The position numbers were made by a program, and so were the translations under genes. Positions 9,495 to 19,330 of a stretch of DNA of 64,000 nucleotides are shown here, in pieces. Origin of the DNA: Candidatus Poribacteria bacterium (GTDB taxonomy: Bacteria; Poribacteria; WGA-4E; PCPOR2b); NCBI GenBank assembly GCA_965116925.1, contig OZ220744.1, positions 2,112,001-2,176,000 of the forward strand. Reading direction: 5' to 3'. The number at the start of each line of letters is the position of its first letter. Position 1 is the stretch's first letter. Below the pieces are notes generated by a model. The model saw only the letters and a list, made by a program, of their open reading frames with translations. It was not told the DNA's origin and ran no database searches.

Positions 9495-10472
9495 TTACCC
9501 TATAGAGGATATAGATACTGGACTTCCCGTCTCACTTGACTGAATGGCTGCTAGTGAAATTGCCAGACTCTTAACGGCATCACTGTAGGGACTCAGGATC
9601 TTGGATGCATCCGTGTTTCGGATAGCATCGACAAACACCTCGTCAATGCTCGGTCCCGGTGCTGTTTTGGTAACAACTTCTCCATTTTCCCTCACCTCCA
9701 AACCACCAACACCCCAGTGAATCAGTTGATTCTCATACAAGATGTCCAACACGTTTGCGTGTGACCAATCGCCTGGATCATAGGACCAAGAGGTGGTCAA
9801 CGATCCAACTGCTCCGTTGACGAACTTCATTGTCACGCAGTTATTGTCGGGGCAATCAATCTCCTTTAGCACACGGTTTGCGCTGATTGCGTAGACCTCC
9901 TCCACCTCGCCGACGAGGTAACGCATCATGTCGATGGTGTGGGTCGCCTGTTCCAAGATCTGTCCGCCGGATTTGCTCATCTGTCGCTGCCAAGAATTGG
10001 GATCGCCGCGTCCGCTGCCGGACCAATATTTGCCGATGGCTATGTTGACCACTTTTTCACTGAGCACCTGACGTGCCAATTGCGTTGAGCCTAGATAGCG
10101 TAGTTGATAGCCAACACAGGTGATGATGCCAGCGGTATTCACGGCTTCCTCAATCTGCCGTGCGGTCTCGATGTTGACCGCCACCGGTTTCTCAACAAGA
10201 AACGGCAATCCACGCTCGATTACGTCCAACTCCGGCGTTCCGTGTGCAAACACAGGAAGGCTCAGGTAGATGCCATCCAGATCATCACGTTCCAGCATGA
10301 GATTGTGATTGGTGTAAGGTTGGGCATTGTAACTCTCGGCGGCGTTTTGCGCGCGTTCTTCCTGAACATCGCAGGTCCCAATGATACGGACGCCTTCCAG
10401 ATCGGACAACCGTCGCATGTGTCCATTGGCGTTGCCTCCACAGCCGATAAAACCGATTTTGACTTCTTGCAT
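9495..10472 (-). CDS. Gfo/Idh/MocA family oxidoreductase
   Basis: GFIGCGGNA, VEKP, SGGQILEQATHTID. Confidence 0.93.
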   Translation of the reverse strand: MQEVKIGFIGCGGNANGHMRRLSDLEGVRIIGTCDVQEERAQNAAESYNAQPYTNHNLMLERDDLDGIYLSLPVFAHGTPELDVIERGLPFLVEKPVAVNIETARQIEEAVNTAGIITCVGYQLRYLGSTQLARQVLSEKVVNIAIGKYWSGSGRGDPNSWQRQMSKSGGQILEQATHTIDMMRYLVGEVEEVYAISANRVLKEIDCPDNNCVTMKFVNGAVGSLTTSWSYDPGDWSHANVLDILYENQLIHWGVGGLEVRENGEVVTKTAPGPSIDEVFVDAIRNTDASKILSPYSDAVKSLAISLAAIQSSETGSPVSISSIG

Positions 10473-11000
10473 TGCCTTCCTCTTCTAATTTATGATTGGG
10501 TTTTTCTTCTCAAATTGTAGCAAATCGGAGCGTGTCCGTCAATCTCTTTATCGTGAGCCTACGCTGTAATTCTTCGGTCAGTCTCACACGACTACAACAC
10601 CTCTGTAAAAAAGGAGACAAATAAACGTAGAAGTTTCGCTTCAGCAGAAAATTTTTCCACAGAACGGACGATTAAATCAGATTTTGCTTATTTATAATTA
10701 GACGTTTTATCGTAGTTTCCGTCATAGAAATAAATCAATTATAAATTTCAATTGACATAAAAAGAAAATTGACAATAATAGGAGTTACGCGCTTCGCTGG
10801 CAAACATCGCACACCCCGTACAGGTTAGGCAACCTGTACCCACTATTACAGACTGGGAGCCCCCAATTTCTTCAAGAGCAGGCACCGCCCCCCGAAGGCA
10901 GCGGCGATAGTTATATCAACTGCGTAAGTCCTAAATAAATAACTTGAAGGATAATATTTGGGAGTTAGTTTATCGTTATGGGAAACGAGGAAGCAAACCG

Positions 11001-12737
11001 ATGAGAAAAGAAAAAATAGAAGATAGAAAGCCCGAAATTCCATTTTTATCAATCGGTAGGTTATCCCAATGGTTTGGTTGGATCTGCTTATTTCTATGTT
11101 ATTCGGCTGCAAAAACTGCCTACACAGATGACTATTTTGACCGGGTAACGGTTGCCTCGAATGGTCGTCTGACGCGGTTTGATCGCGATCGCATTACGGT
11201 CTATACGGATACTATTCCATTTGAATCGGGGGTTTACGAGGAAGCATTGCACCAATCGTTGTCGCTATGGGAGCAGAAAACCCACGGCCAATTGCAATTT
11301 GAATTGACACCAGATGCTGCCGCAGCAGACATTCGGATAAAGTGGGCATATCAGCAGGACAGACGACAAAGCAACGAATATATCGGCGAGGCGATGTTGG
11401 TTCGAGAAGACGAGGGATTTCATGTAGAAATTGAGGTTGCGCTGCGTGACCGAACATCGCTGAAGCCTCACTCATCTGACGTTATTCAAACCGTCTTGCT
11501 GCATGAGATTGGACACGCTATCGGGCTATGGGGCCACAGCGACGATCCGCACGATGTAATGTATTTCGCTGCAACGGCGAAAGCACCGACAGCGCGAGAT
11601 ATTGCAACGTGGACGAAGGTGAACGAAACGCCGGGTGATACCCCCTTTCACAGACGTGCCCTTCAGACACTAGCGGCTGAAATTGAGGAAGATCCGAAGA
11701 TTGCCGGCAATCACTATCTCATCGGTATGGTCTACGCGGATTTGGGCGATTATCATTTGGCGATTAACGCCTTCCAGCGTGCCCTTGAGATAGAGCCACA
11801 GCTCGGTGTTTCATCGGTGCAAATCGGCCGTATCTTCCAGCAGAGGGGGATATATGACCAAGCAATTAGGCACTACACAGAGGCGTTGAAAACCGCACCT
11901 TCCGCCGAGGTGTTTGGTGCTTTAGGGACACTCTGGTTACTTCAGGGTGAGTTTGATCAAGCGGTGAACTCCCTGCAACGCGCACTTACTTTTGCCCCGG
12001 CTTCCGCAACGTTAAACCAGAACCTCCTAGCAGCGTACCATCGTTGGGGTGTTCATTACCTGAAGACAGATCAGCTTTCTGAGGCGTTCAAATGCTTCGA
12101 GCGAGGCTTGAAGCGATTCCCGTTTTCTGAAATCCTACTTTCCGATCTCGCTGCGGCACACACCGCCGCGGAGGAATACCAAAAAGCCTTAGACATCTAT
12201 CAACGGGTCCTCCAGATTAACCCTAAATATACCGCTGCAAGAGTTGGGATGGGAACCACCTTAAACAACTGGGGATCACAATATGCCCGTAATAAAGATT
12301 GGGAGCAGGCACTTGATTGTTATGAACAGGCGTTGGGATACGATCCAGCGTGCCGATCCGCGCTTCAGAATCTGGGCGAGACGCTGATGCGGATCGGTTG
12401 GGAGCAGGGAGCAAACGGAGATATGGAGGGGGCGATCGGTACATATCAAAAGCTGATAGCAGTTGCCCCCGATAATGCGGAAGTTCACAATAATTTAGGT
12501 GTCATCCACTTCAGAAAGCGGGAATACGGCAAGGCAAAAACCTACTTTGAAACTGCACTTGCATTGGACGCGAACTATGATGAAGCACACGCGAATTTGA
12601 GTTATGTCCGGCGGGAACGGGTCTATAGCATAGTCAAACAGTGGGTTGTACCGGTGGGGGTCGTTTTGCTAGTTGGGTTTGCCTGTGTAAAAATGATAAA
12701 CAGACGCCGGAAAACGATGCGTCTGAAACCGATGTAG
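11001..12737 (+). CDS. Matrixin-like (metzincin) zinc metallopeptidase with a TPR array and C-terminal membrane anchor
   Basis: HEIGHAIGLWGHS zinc motif, Met-turn DVMY, many TPRs, C-terminal TM followed by basic residues. Start uncertain (ORF is open from 10944). Confidence 0.85.
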   Translation: MRKEKIEDRKPEIPFLSIGRLSQWFGWICLFLCYSAAKTAYTDDYFDRVTVASNGRLTRFDRDRITVYTDTIPFESGVYEEALHQSLSLWEQKTHGQLQFELTPDAAAADIRIKWAYQQDRRQSNEYIGEAMLVREDEGFHVEIEVALRDRTSLKPHSSDVIQTVLLHEIGHAIGLWGHSDDPHDVMYFAATAKAPTARDIATWTKVNETPGDTPFHRRALQTLAAEIEEDPKIAGNHYLIGMVYADLGDYHLAINAFQRALEIEPQLGVSSVQIGRIFQQRGIYDQAIRHYTEALKTAPSAEVFGALGTLWLLQGEFDQAVNSLQRALTFAPASATLNQNLLAAYHRWGVHYLKTDQLSEAFKCFERGLKRFPFSEILLSDLAAAHTAAEEYQKALDIYQRVLQINPKYTAARVGMGTTLNNWGSQYARNKDWEQALDCYEQALGYDPACRSALQNLGETLMRIGWEQGANGDMEGAIGTYQKLIAVAPDNAEVHNNLGVIHFRKREYGKAKTYFETALALDANYDEAHANLSYVRRERVYSIVKQWVVPVGVVLLVGFACVKMINRRRKTMRLKPM

Positions 12738-12775
12738 CACAACTTATATGCTCCTTGCTTTGGGATTTTTAATAC

Positions 12776-12893
12776 GCTCATGTTAAGATTTAGTGCAAAG
12801 AAACCGAATGTTCGTAGGAGTTGGGTCCCCCAACCCTTACGGCGGGCGGGGAGACCCCGCCCCTACGATTTCGCTTCGTGTTTTGCACTTTCT
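12776..12893. mobile_element. MITE-like shell C (GCTCATGTTAAGA...TTTGCACTTTCTTT[TGACATGAGC]) with paired REPs; other copies at 24959-25048 and a partial inverted copy at 54696-54730
   Basis: Shared termini with different internal hairpins (12814-12866 versus about 24983-25018). Confidence 0.65.
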
Positions 12894-14915
12894 TTAATTT
12901 ACATTTGAAATCACCAGGGGTTCTATGCCCAATTCTGCTACTTGACTGATGAGCTCTGCGGCATCTTCTCTGTTGTGGAATCCTCCGATTGTTACACGAT
13001 ACCACAGTCTTGATCGGATCACCACCTCGGTGAGATGAGTTTTCGCCCCTAATTTCAACGCTTCCAATGAATCAACCAGCGATTCGGCGTTCGTGCGATT
13101 TTGGAATGAACCGACCATTATGGTGTATTTTGGCGGCGTGCGGGAAACCTCCACTTCTTCCTGCTTTTCCTCACTTGATGTTGCTACAACTTTGTCTTCC
13201 CTATTGTCTAAATCTTCTTTATCAACTCTGATAGTTGAAAATGATGCTTCGCCGGTGCTGCGATTGCCCGCAATATCGTGGACTGTCAATACACAGCGAT
13301 AGGTGGCTTTTTGAGTGTTATCCGATTGCTCCCAGTTGTTCCAAACAACGGTATCGGACGGTTCGCCTTCTTCATCGATGCGATGAACCAATTTTTGATC
13401 TGCATCGAAAAATTGTAGCTGCCAACGGGCGAGCGGATTCAGATCTGACGCTTGGAGATGCACTTTCGGCATTTGGAGAACAGTTCCCTCGTCAGAGGCG
13501 GCAAAGACAGGTGGTTCTGCTGATATCTCAAGTGAGGCGGGTGTCGTATCGACAGTGATTTTTACTTCACTCTGCAACTGGCGGTCACCTGCAGCATCAA
13601 TGGTGAACCACTGGGCGGTGTATATGCCGTCACTCACCCGGTTACCTGCGTCATCTTCGCCTTCCCACACTATCTTTGTCGATGGCAAGCCAGTGCCGGA
13701 ATAGCGCTGGAGAATCCTGTTCAGTTTATCCTTCTCAGTACGCTGCTGAATCTCTAGTTCCCACGCTACTTCTTCGCCAACTTCCAGATCGAAAGTGATT
13801 TGGTCTTTCACGCCATCTCGGTTAGGAGAGATTATTTTCTCTGGGATGTGCAGCACAGCGGGAATTGGCTTGGGCATAACAATCGGTGCCGGCCGAGTCG
13901 GCGTAGCAGGCGGCACTTCGACGACTGGGGGAATTGAAACCTTGATTCCAGCGTCACCTTCTCCCCAGCGTAGGGTGGCAGAGATCCAGTGCATCGCTCC
14001 CTCCAACTCATTGCCTCTGACATAAGCGTAATCAAGCTGTCCGGAGGGACTTTGAATACTTAGACCCGTTGACCATTCCCCCGTTGTGAGTCGGCTGGGA
14101 ACCGCTGTGTATCCGAGCCGGAGTCCCAATCCTTTCCTAAACAGCCAACGTTCGACACCGAGATGGGTGCGTAGCCGTTCTCCGAAGCCAATACGGGTGT
14201 CGTTGTGCAGTACAAAATCTCCAGATAGGGTTGTATACTGATTAAAAGAGTGGGCTGCGCCAAGGCGTGTCACCGTGGGTATTCTTGCGACGGTTTCGGC
14301 GTTCTCCCAGATGTGTCCAGCAAGATCCTCCAGAGCCAAGCCGAATGTGATTTCCTCCCCGGGACGATCCAGCTCACGAACGAAGCGGATACCCAAGTCG
14401 AAGCTCCAAGCATACCGAGGACTAACAGAACTTCTGTGGCGGTAGTGCCGAAGGTTCGTACCGGCAGCGATACCTTTTCCCAAGGAAGCCCCGTATCCCA
14501 CAAGCACCATTCGGTTCTTTTCGGCGTCATTTCCCCAGCCATCAAACCAAGAAGATATTGAGAAATTCCCTACATTTGTTGATGCGATTCCGAGCTGCTG
14601 CGGATTTAACCCCAGCGAGAACGCCCCTTCTCGATCATCGGCGGATGCCGGAAAAGGGAGCCCAATGAGAGAGAGTTCTGTTGCGTCCAACAACCCGAGC
14701 GATGAGGGATTCCAGAATGAACTATCACTTGATGCGGGTCCCGCCGTGAACGCGCCTCCCATCCCTAAGGCGCGTGCGCTTGTTCCTACGAAGATCTGTC
14801 GGTTCTTGATGCCCGATTCTGCCTCGGCGAGTGCTACATTGAAGACAATGAGAGTGAATATGCCTAACACTGTAGTTATGAGATTCTTTTGATTTTTCAT
14901 GCCGTGCTGCTCCAT
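12894..14915 (-). CDS. Secreted/outer-membrane protein: PorV/FadL-like barrel, FlgD/Ig-like modules and C-terminal SPOR domain
   Basis: Signal peptide, SARALGMGGAF...FWNPSSL, Pro-rich linker, ISPNRDGVKD...WEGEDDAGNRVSDGIY, YTIMVGSFQNRTNA...WYRVTIGGF. Confidence 0.75.
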   Translation of the reverse strand: MEQHGMKNQKNLITTVLGIFTLIVFNVALAEAESGIKNRQIFVGTSARALGMGGAFTAGPASSDSSFWNPSSLGLLDATELSLIGLPFPASADDREGAFSLGLNPQQLGIASTNVGNFSISSWFDGWGNDAEKNRMVLVGYGASLGKGIAAGTNLRHYRHRSSVSPRYAWSFDLGIRFVRELDRPGEEITFGLALEDLAGHIWENAETVARIPTVTRLGAAHSFNQYTTLSGDFVLHNDTRIGFGERLRTHLGVERWLFRKGLGLRLGYTAVPSRLTTGEWSTGLSIQSPSGQLDYAYVRGNELEGAMHWISATLRWGEGDAGIKVSIPPVVEVPPATPTRPAPIVMPKPIPAVLHIPEKIISPNRDGVKDQITFDLEVGEEVAWELEIQQRTEKDKLNRILQRYSGTGLPSTKIVWEGEDDAGNRVSDGIYTAQWFTIDAAGDRQLQSEVKITVDTTPASLEISAEPPVFAASDEGTVLQMPKVHLQASDLNPLARWQLQFFDADQKLVHRIDEEGEPSDTVVWNNWEQSDNTQKATYRCVLTVHDIAGNRSTGEASFSTIRVDKEDLDNREDKVVATSSEEKQEEVEVSRTPPKYTIMVGSFQNRTNAESLVDSLEALKLGAKTHLTEVVIRSRLWYRVTIGGFHNREDAAELISQVAELGIEPLVISNVN

Positions 14916-15084
14916 TATTTTATGTTTTTTGGAAGTGATTGACTATCGGTTACAATTAACGCCTATCCTCCAATAATTGATACAGAAAACAGCGTCCTAG
15001 GAGAATACCGTCTCCAAGCCCATAGGTGGTTTTCACTCACGCTGCATCGCTGCGGCTAGGTGAACAGGATTCAATTGCAGGCAT

Positions 15085-15139
15085 AAAAAAAGGCGAGGGA
15101 GTGCCAAGTATATCATACTTAACAGTCTCCTCGCCTTTA
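15085..15139 (-). terminator. Probable intrinsic terminator of the symporter gene
   Basis: Long hairpin AAAGGCGAGG...CCTCGCCTTT followed by a T-run on the minus strand. Confidence 0.55.
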
Positions 15140-15197
15140 GAAAAACAGCATCAACTGTAGCGATTCAATCCGTATGCGTTCGGCGCACCGGGACGTG

Positions 15198-16571
15198 CTA
15201 TGATTTGATTATATCTTTGTATTGCTCAAAATATGTTCGCGTCGCCTGCATCACTTTTGGTGCTAGCAGAAGTGTGGAGATCATCGTCGGAATCGCCATG
15301 AGAGCAAACGCACCATCAATGAGACTGATTGCGGCATCCAAAGAGACCACGGCAGCGACCACCATCAGTACCACATAGAAATAGTTGTAGATATGCTGAC
15401 GCTCTGCACCGATTAAAAAGCCCATACATTTCGCGCCGTAGTAGGAGTAGGCAAACATGGTGCTGGTGCTGAAGCAGACTACGCAGAGGGTGAGTAGATA
15501 GGGTCCGAAGCCGGGCATCGCTTTGTTAAAAGCCATTACTGTCAGCGTGATGCCGTTGGCTTCGCTGCTCTGCCATACCCCCGATGTGAGAATGATAAGT
15601 GCTGTGACAGTGCAGACAATAAGCGTGTCAATCGCAGGACCAAGCATGGCGATAAGCCCTTCTCGGACCGGCTCGGTGGTCTTAGCAGCACCGTGAGCCA
15701 AAGCTGCAGTGCCAATGCCTGCCTCGTTTGAATAAGCTGCTCGACGTATGCCCGTCATAATAACGGCACCAATCGCTCCACCGGCGACTGCCTGTCCGGA
15801 AAATGCGTCTGTTATAATTAGCCAGAGGCATTTCGGAATATTGGCGTAATTAACAGCAAGAATCCACACAGCGGCTGCCATATAGAGAATCAACATCCCC
15901 GGCACTAATTTTGAGGCGACTGTGCCAATCCGTAGGATACCGCCAAATATAATGAGCGCGACCACTCCTGCGATGATAATGCCGGCTATCAAATTAAAGG
16001 TAAAGTGCGATTCACCGATCCATCCGTTTGGAATAAAGATTACGTCCCGGAGAATCTGAACGAGTTGATTCACTTGGAACGCGGGCAAGGCACCTATCAG
16101 CGCGGCTACACAGAAGAAAGCCCCCAGAGGTTTCCATTTTTTCCCAAGCCCCTCAACAATTGCATACATCGGTCCGCCCTGCGTTGTCCCGCGGCTGTCC
16201 GTCCCTCGATACATGATGGCTAGGGTGCACGTGAAGAACTTTGTTGCCATCCCCACCACGGCACTGAGCCACATCCAGAAGATCGCCCCCGGTCCACCGA
16301 CTGTTACAGCGACTGCCACACCGGCGATATTTCCGACTCCAATTGTTGCTGCCAAGGCACTAGATAGTGCCGCAAAGTGCGAAATATCCCCAGGATCGCT
16401 GGGGTCATCGTATTTTCCACGTAAGATGTCAATGGCGTGCCTAATAAACCGAAAAGGCAAAAACCGGGAATAGCAGAGAAAAAAGGCGCCGCCTCCTAGG
16501 AGCAAGACCAGTAGCCAAGGTCCCCAAGCAACATCAGCAAAGCCAATTATGATTTTCTCGATCTGTTGCAT
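15198..16571 (-). CDS. Alanine/glycine:cation symporter (AGCS) family protein
   Basis: ATIGVGNIAGVA, GGPGAIFWMW, GGPMY, SNEAGIGTA, IDTLIVCT. Confidence 0.95.
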   Translation of the reverse strand: MQQIEKIIIGFADVAWGPWLLVLLLGGGAFFLCYSRFLPFRFIRHAIDILRGKYDDPSDPGDISHFAALSSALAATIGVGNIAGVAVAVTVGGPGAIFWMWLSAVVGMATKFFTCTLAIMYRGTDSRGTTQGGPMYAIVEGLGKKWKPLGAFFCVAALIGALPAFQVNQLVQILRDVIFIPNGWIGESHFTFNLIAGIIIAGVVALIIFGGILRIGTVASKLVPGMLILYMAAAVWILAVNYANIPKCLWLIITDAFSGQAVAGGAIGAVIMTGIRRAAYSNEAGIGTAALAHGAAKTTEPVREGLIAMLGPAIDTLIVCTVTALIILTSGVWQSSEANGITLTVMAFNKAMPGFGPYLLTLCVVCFSTSTMFAYSYYGAKCMGFLIGAERQHIYNYFYVVLMVVAAVVSLDAAISLIDGAFALMAIPTMISTLLLAPKVMQATRTYFEQYKDIIKS

Positions 16572-16900
16572 ATTGTCAATCCTTTCTCATATTGGGTAGG
16601 ACTTACGCACTTGAACGTTCAAAGCGGGCAACCACAAGGGTTGCCCCTACAGTCAGATTTTCGGTTTATAGTCGGGCAAGCCTGTCGGGACGCGCAATGA
16701 ATTGCGCTACTACAAACTGAACTGCGTAACTCCTAATTGGGTTTAATTCTTATAGTAGGTTTTAGAATTAATGAGACACTCCAGATCGGCGCAGTTGAAA
16801 ACAGCACCTACCAAACATGGGGGGCGAAAGTGTCTATTTATTTTTTGAATTCACTATAAAATCTGTTTTCCGGCACATTTTCCACGCCTAAAGATAAAAA

Positions 16901-16929
16901 TTGACACGCTATTCCATCTATGTTACGAT
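16901..16929 (+). promoter_or_regulatory. Sigma-70-like promoter TTGACA-N17-TACGAT
   Basis: Perfect -35, 17-nt spacer, extended TG; points antisense into the rhodanese gene. Confidence 0.45.
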
Positions 16930-16967
16930 AAAAAAGTGGCTGATGGTAAGATATGCGGATGGCTGTG

Positions 16968-17354
16968 CTACTGCTTATCTGTCTCATCCCCTTTTTTAGT
17001 TGGTAAGCCCGCCGCTTTCCAGCCTCGGAATCCTCCCGTCAAGACGGAAGCGTTCTTGTATCCCATAATCTGCAAGGTGTGTGCGGACAGCGAACCGCGG
17101 GTGTTACCGCCACAATGCGCGACAATGTACGTGTCCTGATCGGGGGCGAGTTCATCAATTTCTAACTCGATAGCTGCGCGGGGCAGTGAGATGGCACCGG
17201 GCAGATGTTCTGCGTCGTACTGTTCTTTATCACGCACATCTAGGATGACGACGGGGTCGTTGTTATCAATAGCGGTTTTCAGTGTTTCTGCAGCGGTATG
17301 TCCAATCTGTGCTTGGGCTTCAGCAACCAGTTGTTCTAAGGTTTTTCCACGCAT
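16968..17354 (-). CDS. Rhodanese-like sulfurtransferase domain protein
   Basis: ILDVRD, HLPGAI, active-site loop HCGGNTRG, LTGGFRGW; AAGGAG RBS upstream. Confidence 0.9.
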   Translation of the reverse strand: MRGKTLEQLVAEAQAQIGHTAAETLKTAIDNNDPVVILDVRDKEQYDAEHLPGAISLPRAAIELEIDELAPDQDTYIVAHCGGNTRGSLSAHTLQIMGYKNASVLTGGFRGWKAAGLPTKKGDETDKQ

Positions 17355-17610
17355 AATTCTCATCTCCTTATGTGAAAATGTCCTACGCCTTGAGGCACAT
17401 TGAGCGCGTCGATATGAAGGATTAAATGATTCCATTTTATTTTGCAACGATAAATGACCGCATTTTAGCACAGGTCTTAAATATGGTCAAGCAAGCCCTA
17501 ACATTTTTCACTTCTTTGATTCGGTAGAGATTTCGGATTCGGTTCGCGGTGGATTCCTACCGTGCCTGATCCTGCGTTAATGACATCCCTATTAATGGAG
17601 GTTTTTTTTT

Positions 17611-18066
17611 ATGATACAGTCACTTCAACAATCCGTGCAATCGGTCATCGATGAGGGACGAATTGGCAGTCCTGTGTTTTTACGCTGCATCGTGTACGCA
17701 CCGATCGAAGCGGCGGACACAGTGGAGGGGATTGCCGCCTTGACTGGGGTTGCCAATAATTGGATGCCCGATCTGCCAGAACAGGTCTACGCCTTAGACA
17801 ACGCGGACAAAACACAGATTACCGCGATGGTGAAGTATGCCGGCGGACAGTCTGCGCTGCTAAGTGTGAATCGTCTCCCAGCAGGTGGAGAGGTAACTGT
17901 CGATTTAAGATTAGTTGGAAACAACGGGATCATCTATCATGAAACGCCTACGGGGCCGTATCGCCTCATGAATGAGCCTCTCAGCTTCAGTGGTGGGGAA
18001 GATATAGTAGATGCGATTCGTCAGGGATTAGAAACAAAACAGCCAATCAGCGTGACGGAGGGTTAA
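17611..18066 (+). CDS. Hypothetical protein resembling the Gfo/Idh/MocA C-terminal region without a Rossmann fold
   Basis: IDEGRIGSPVFLR...LRLVGNNG; GGAGG RBS; coupled to the next gene. Confidence 0.65.
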   Translation: MIQSLQQSVQSVIDEGRIGSPVFLRCIVYAPIEAADTVEGIAALTGVANNWMPDLPEQVYALDNADKTQITAMVKYAGGQSALLSVNRLPAGGEVTVDLRLVGNNGIIYHETPTGPYRLMNEPLSFSGGEDIVDAIRQGLETKQPISVTEG

Positions 18067-18067
18067 A

Positions 18068-19213
18068 ATGAAAAACGGAAGATACGGCGTATTGGTGATA
18101 GGTGGACGACGGACGCACCAGGAAAGCTATGCCCGCTGCTTTGCCGAGGATGAGCGGTGTGAACTGATAGCAGCCTCAGATGAACTTGATGCGCCGCCTG
18201 AATATGTCAAATTGAATCGACAGCTTGCCGAAGACCTGCAAATTCCTTATATTCCGGATATAGACGAAGCGTTGGCACGTGATGATGTCGATATCGTCAG
18301 TTCGTGTGTCCAGAACGAGCGGCGGGGGCGTGTGAACGTGAAATGTGCAGAGGCTGGAAAGCATCTCTACTTGGATAAACCGTTGGCAATGAGTGTTGAA
18401 GATGCCCAAGCGATTACAGCGGCGGTGCAGAAGGCAGGTATTTGTAACCAGATGTTCAGCAACATGCACACGCCATGGGCGCAAGCTGCCAAAAAGGCGT
18501 TGAATGATGGTGAAATCGGAGATCTCCGCGCCATCCACTGTGATGTACTCTTCGCTAAGGGACATGTTGGAACCGCACCCGTGGGGAAAAAAAGAATAGA
18601 AAAGCCGACCGTCGATAGATACACCTTCATTGAGGCGAAGCGGGAGATGTTTGATGTTGGCATCTATCCTGTATCACTGATTAATTGGCTGACGCAGAAA
18701 CGGGTTACAACGGTTTTTGGTACTACTGCCAACTTCTTCTTTGAAGAACACATCGCATGTGGTATTGAGGACTTTGGTGCGTTGATGATGACGCTGGAGG
18801 ATGGCGTTGTAGCAACCATCATCGGTGGACGTGCGGGGTGGATGAGCCATCCGAAAGGCGGGGTGCAGCGGCTGCATCTCATCGGTACGCGTGGCACATT
18901 GGCATTTGACGGCGCGCAACCGCGTCTTGAGGTGTTCGCTGACGAAGAACCTTTCCAACAAACGCCGCCGCATCCGATGGATCCAATGGGCATGTGGTCG
19001 AGCACACAGACCGAATCGGGGATGATCCCTAAACGTCAGTGGGTTGCTGTGAATCAGGCAGCCGAAGGGCAGGGACCCGATATGGTGGGGTTTGTGGATT
19101 GCATCGAAGCGGGGAGAGAGAGCGAGATGAACGCCGCGGTCGCCGCACAATCGGTCGCTGTCATTCGTGCCGGATACGAATCGGCAGCCAATGGCGAAAT
19201 TATCACGCTTTGA
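18068..19213 (+). CDS. Gfo/Idh/MocA family oxidoreductase
   Basis: AEAGKHLYLDKP, GEIGDLRAI, FDVGIYP. Confidence 0.9.
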   Translation: MKNGRYGVLVIGGRRTHQESYARCFAEDERCELIAASDELDAPPEYVKLNRQLAEDLQIPYIPDIDEALARDDVDIVSSCVQNERRGRVNVKCAEAGKHLYLDKPLAMSVEDAQAITAAVQKAGICNQMFSNMHTPWAQAAKKALNDGEIGDLRAIHCDVLFAKGHVGTAPVGKKRIEKPTVDRYTFIEAKREMFDVGIYPVSLINWLTQKRVTTVFGTTANFFFEEHIACGIEDFGALMMTLEDGVVATIIGGRAGWMSHPKGGVQRLHLIGTRGTLAFDGAQPRLEVFADEEPFQQTPPHPMDPMGMWSSTQTESGMIPKRQWVAVNQAAEGQGPDMVGFVDCIEAGRESEMNAAVAAQSVAVIRAGYESAANGEIITL

Positions 19214-19330
19214 AATTCAACCGCTTGTTTGTTCCTTAAGCCTTTAATCCCTTTGTACCCATGAACAACTGAATTCGCGTTTCACGTGGTGTCTTTTACG
19301 CATTACGTTTCACTTGAATGGAGTCTAGCC

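Noticed and set aside
16572..16900. Glycine riboswitch upstream of the AGCS symporter
   Set aside because: The region is explained by shells A and B, and no aptamer consensus was seen.
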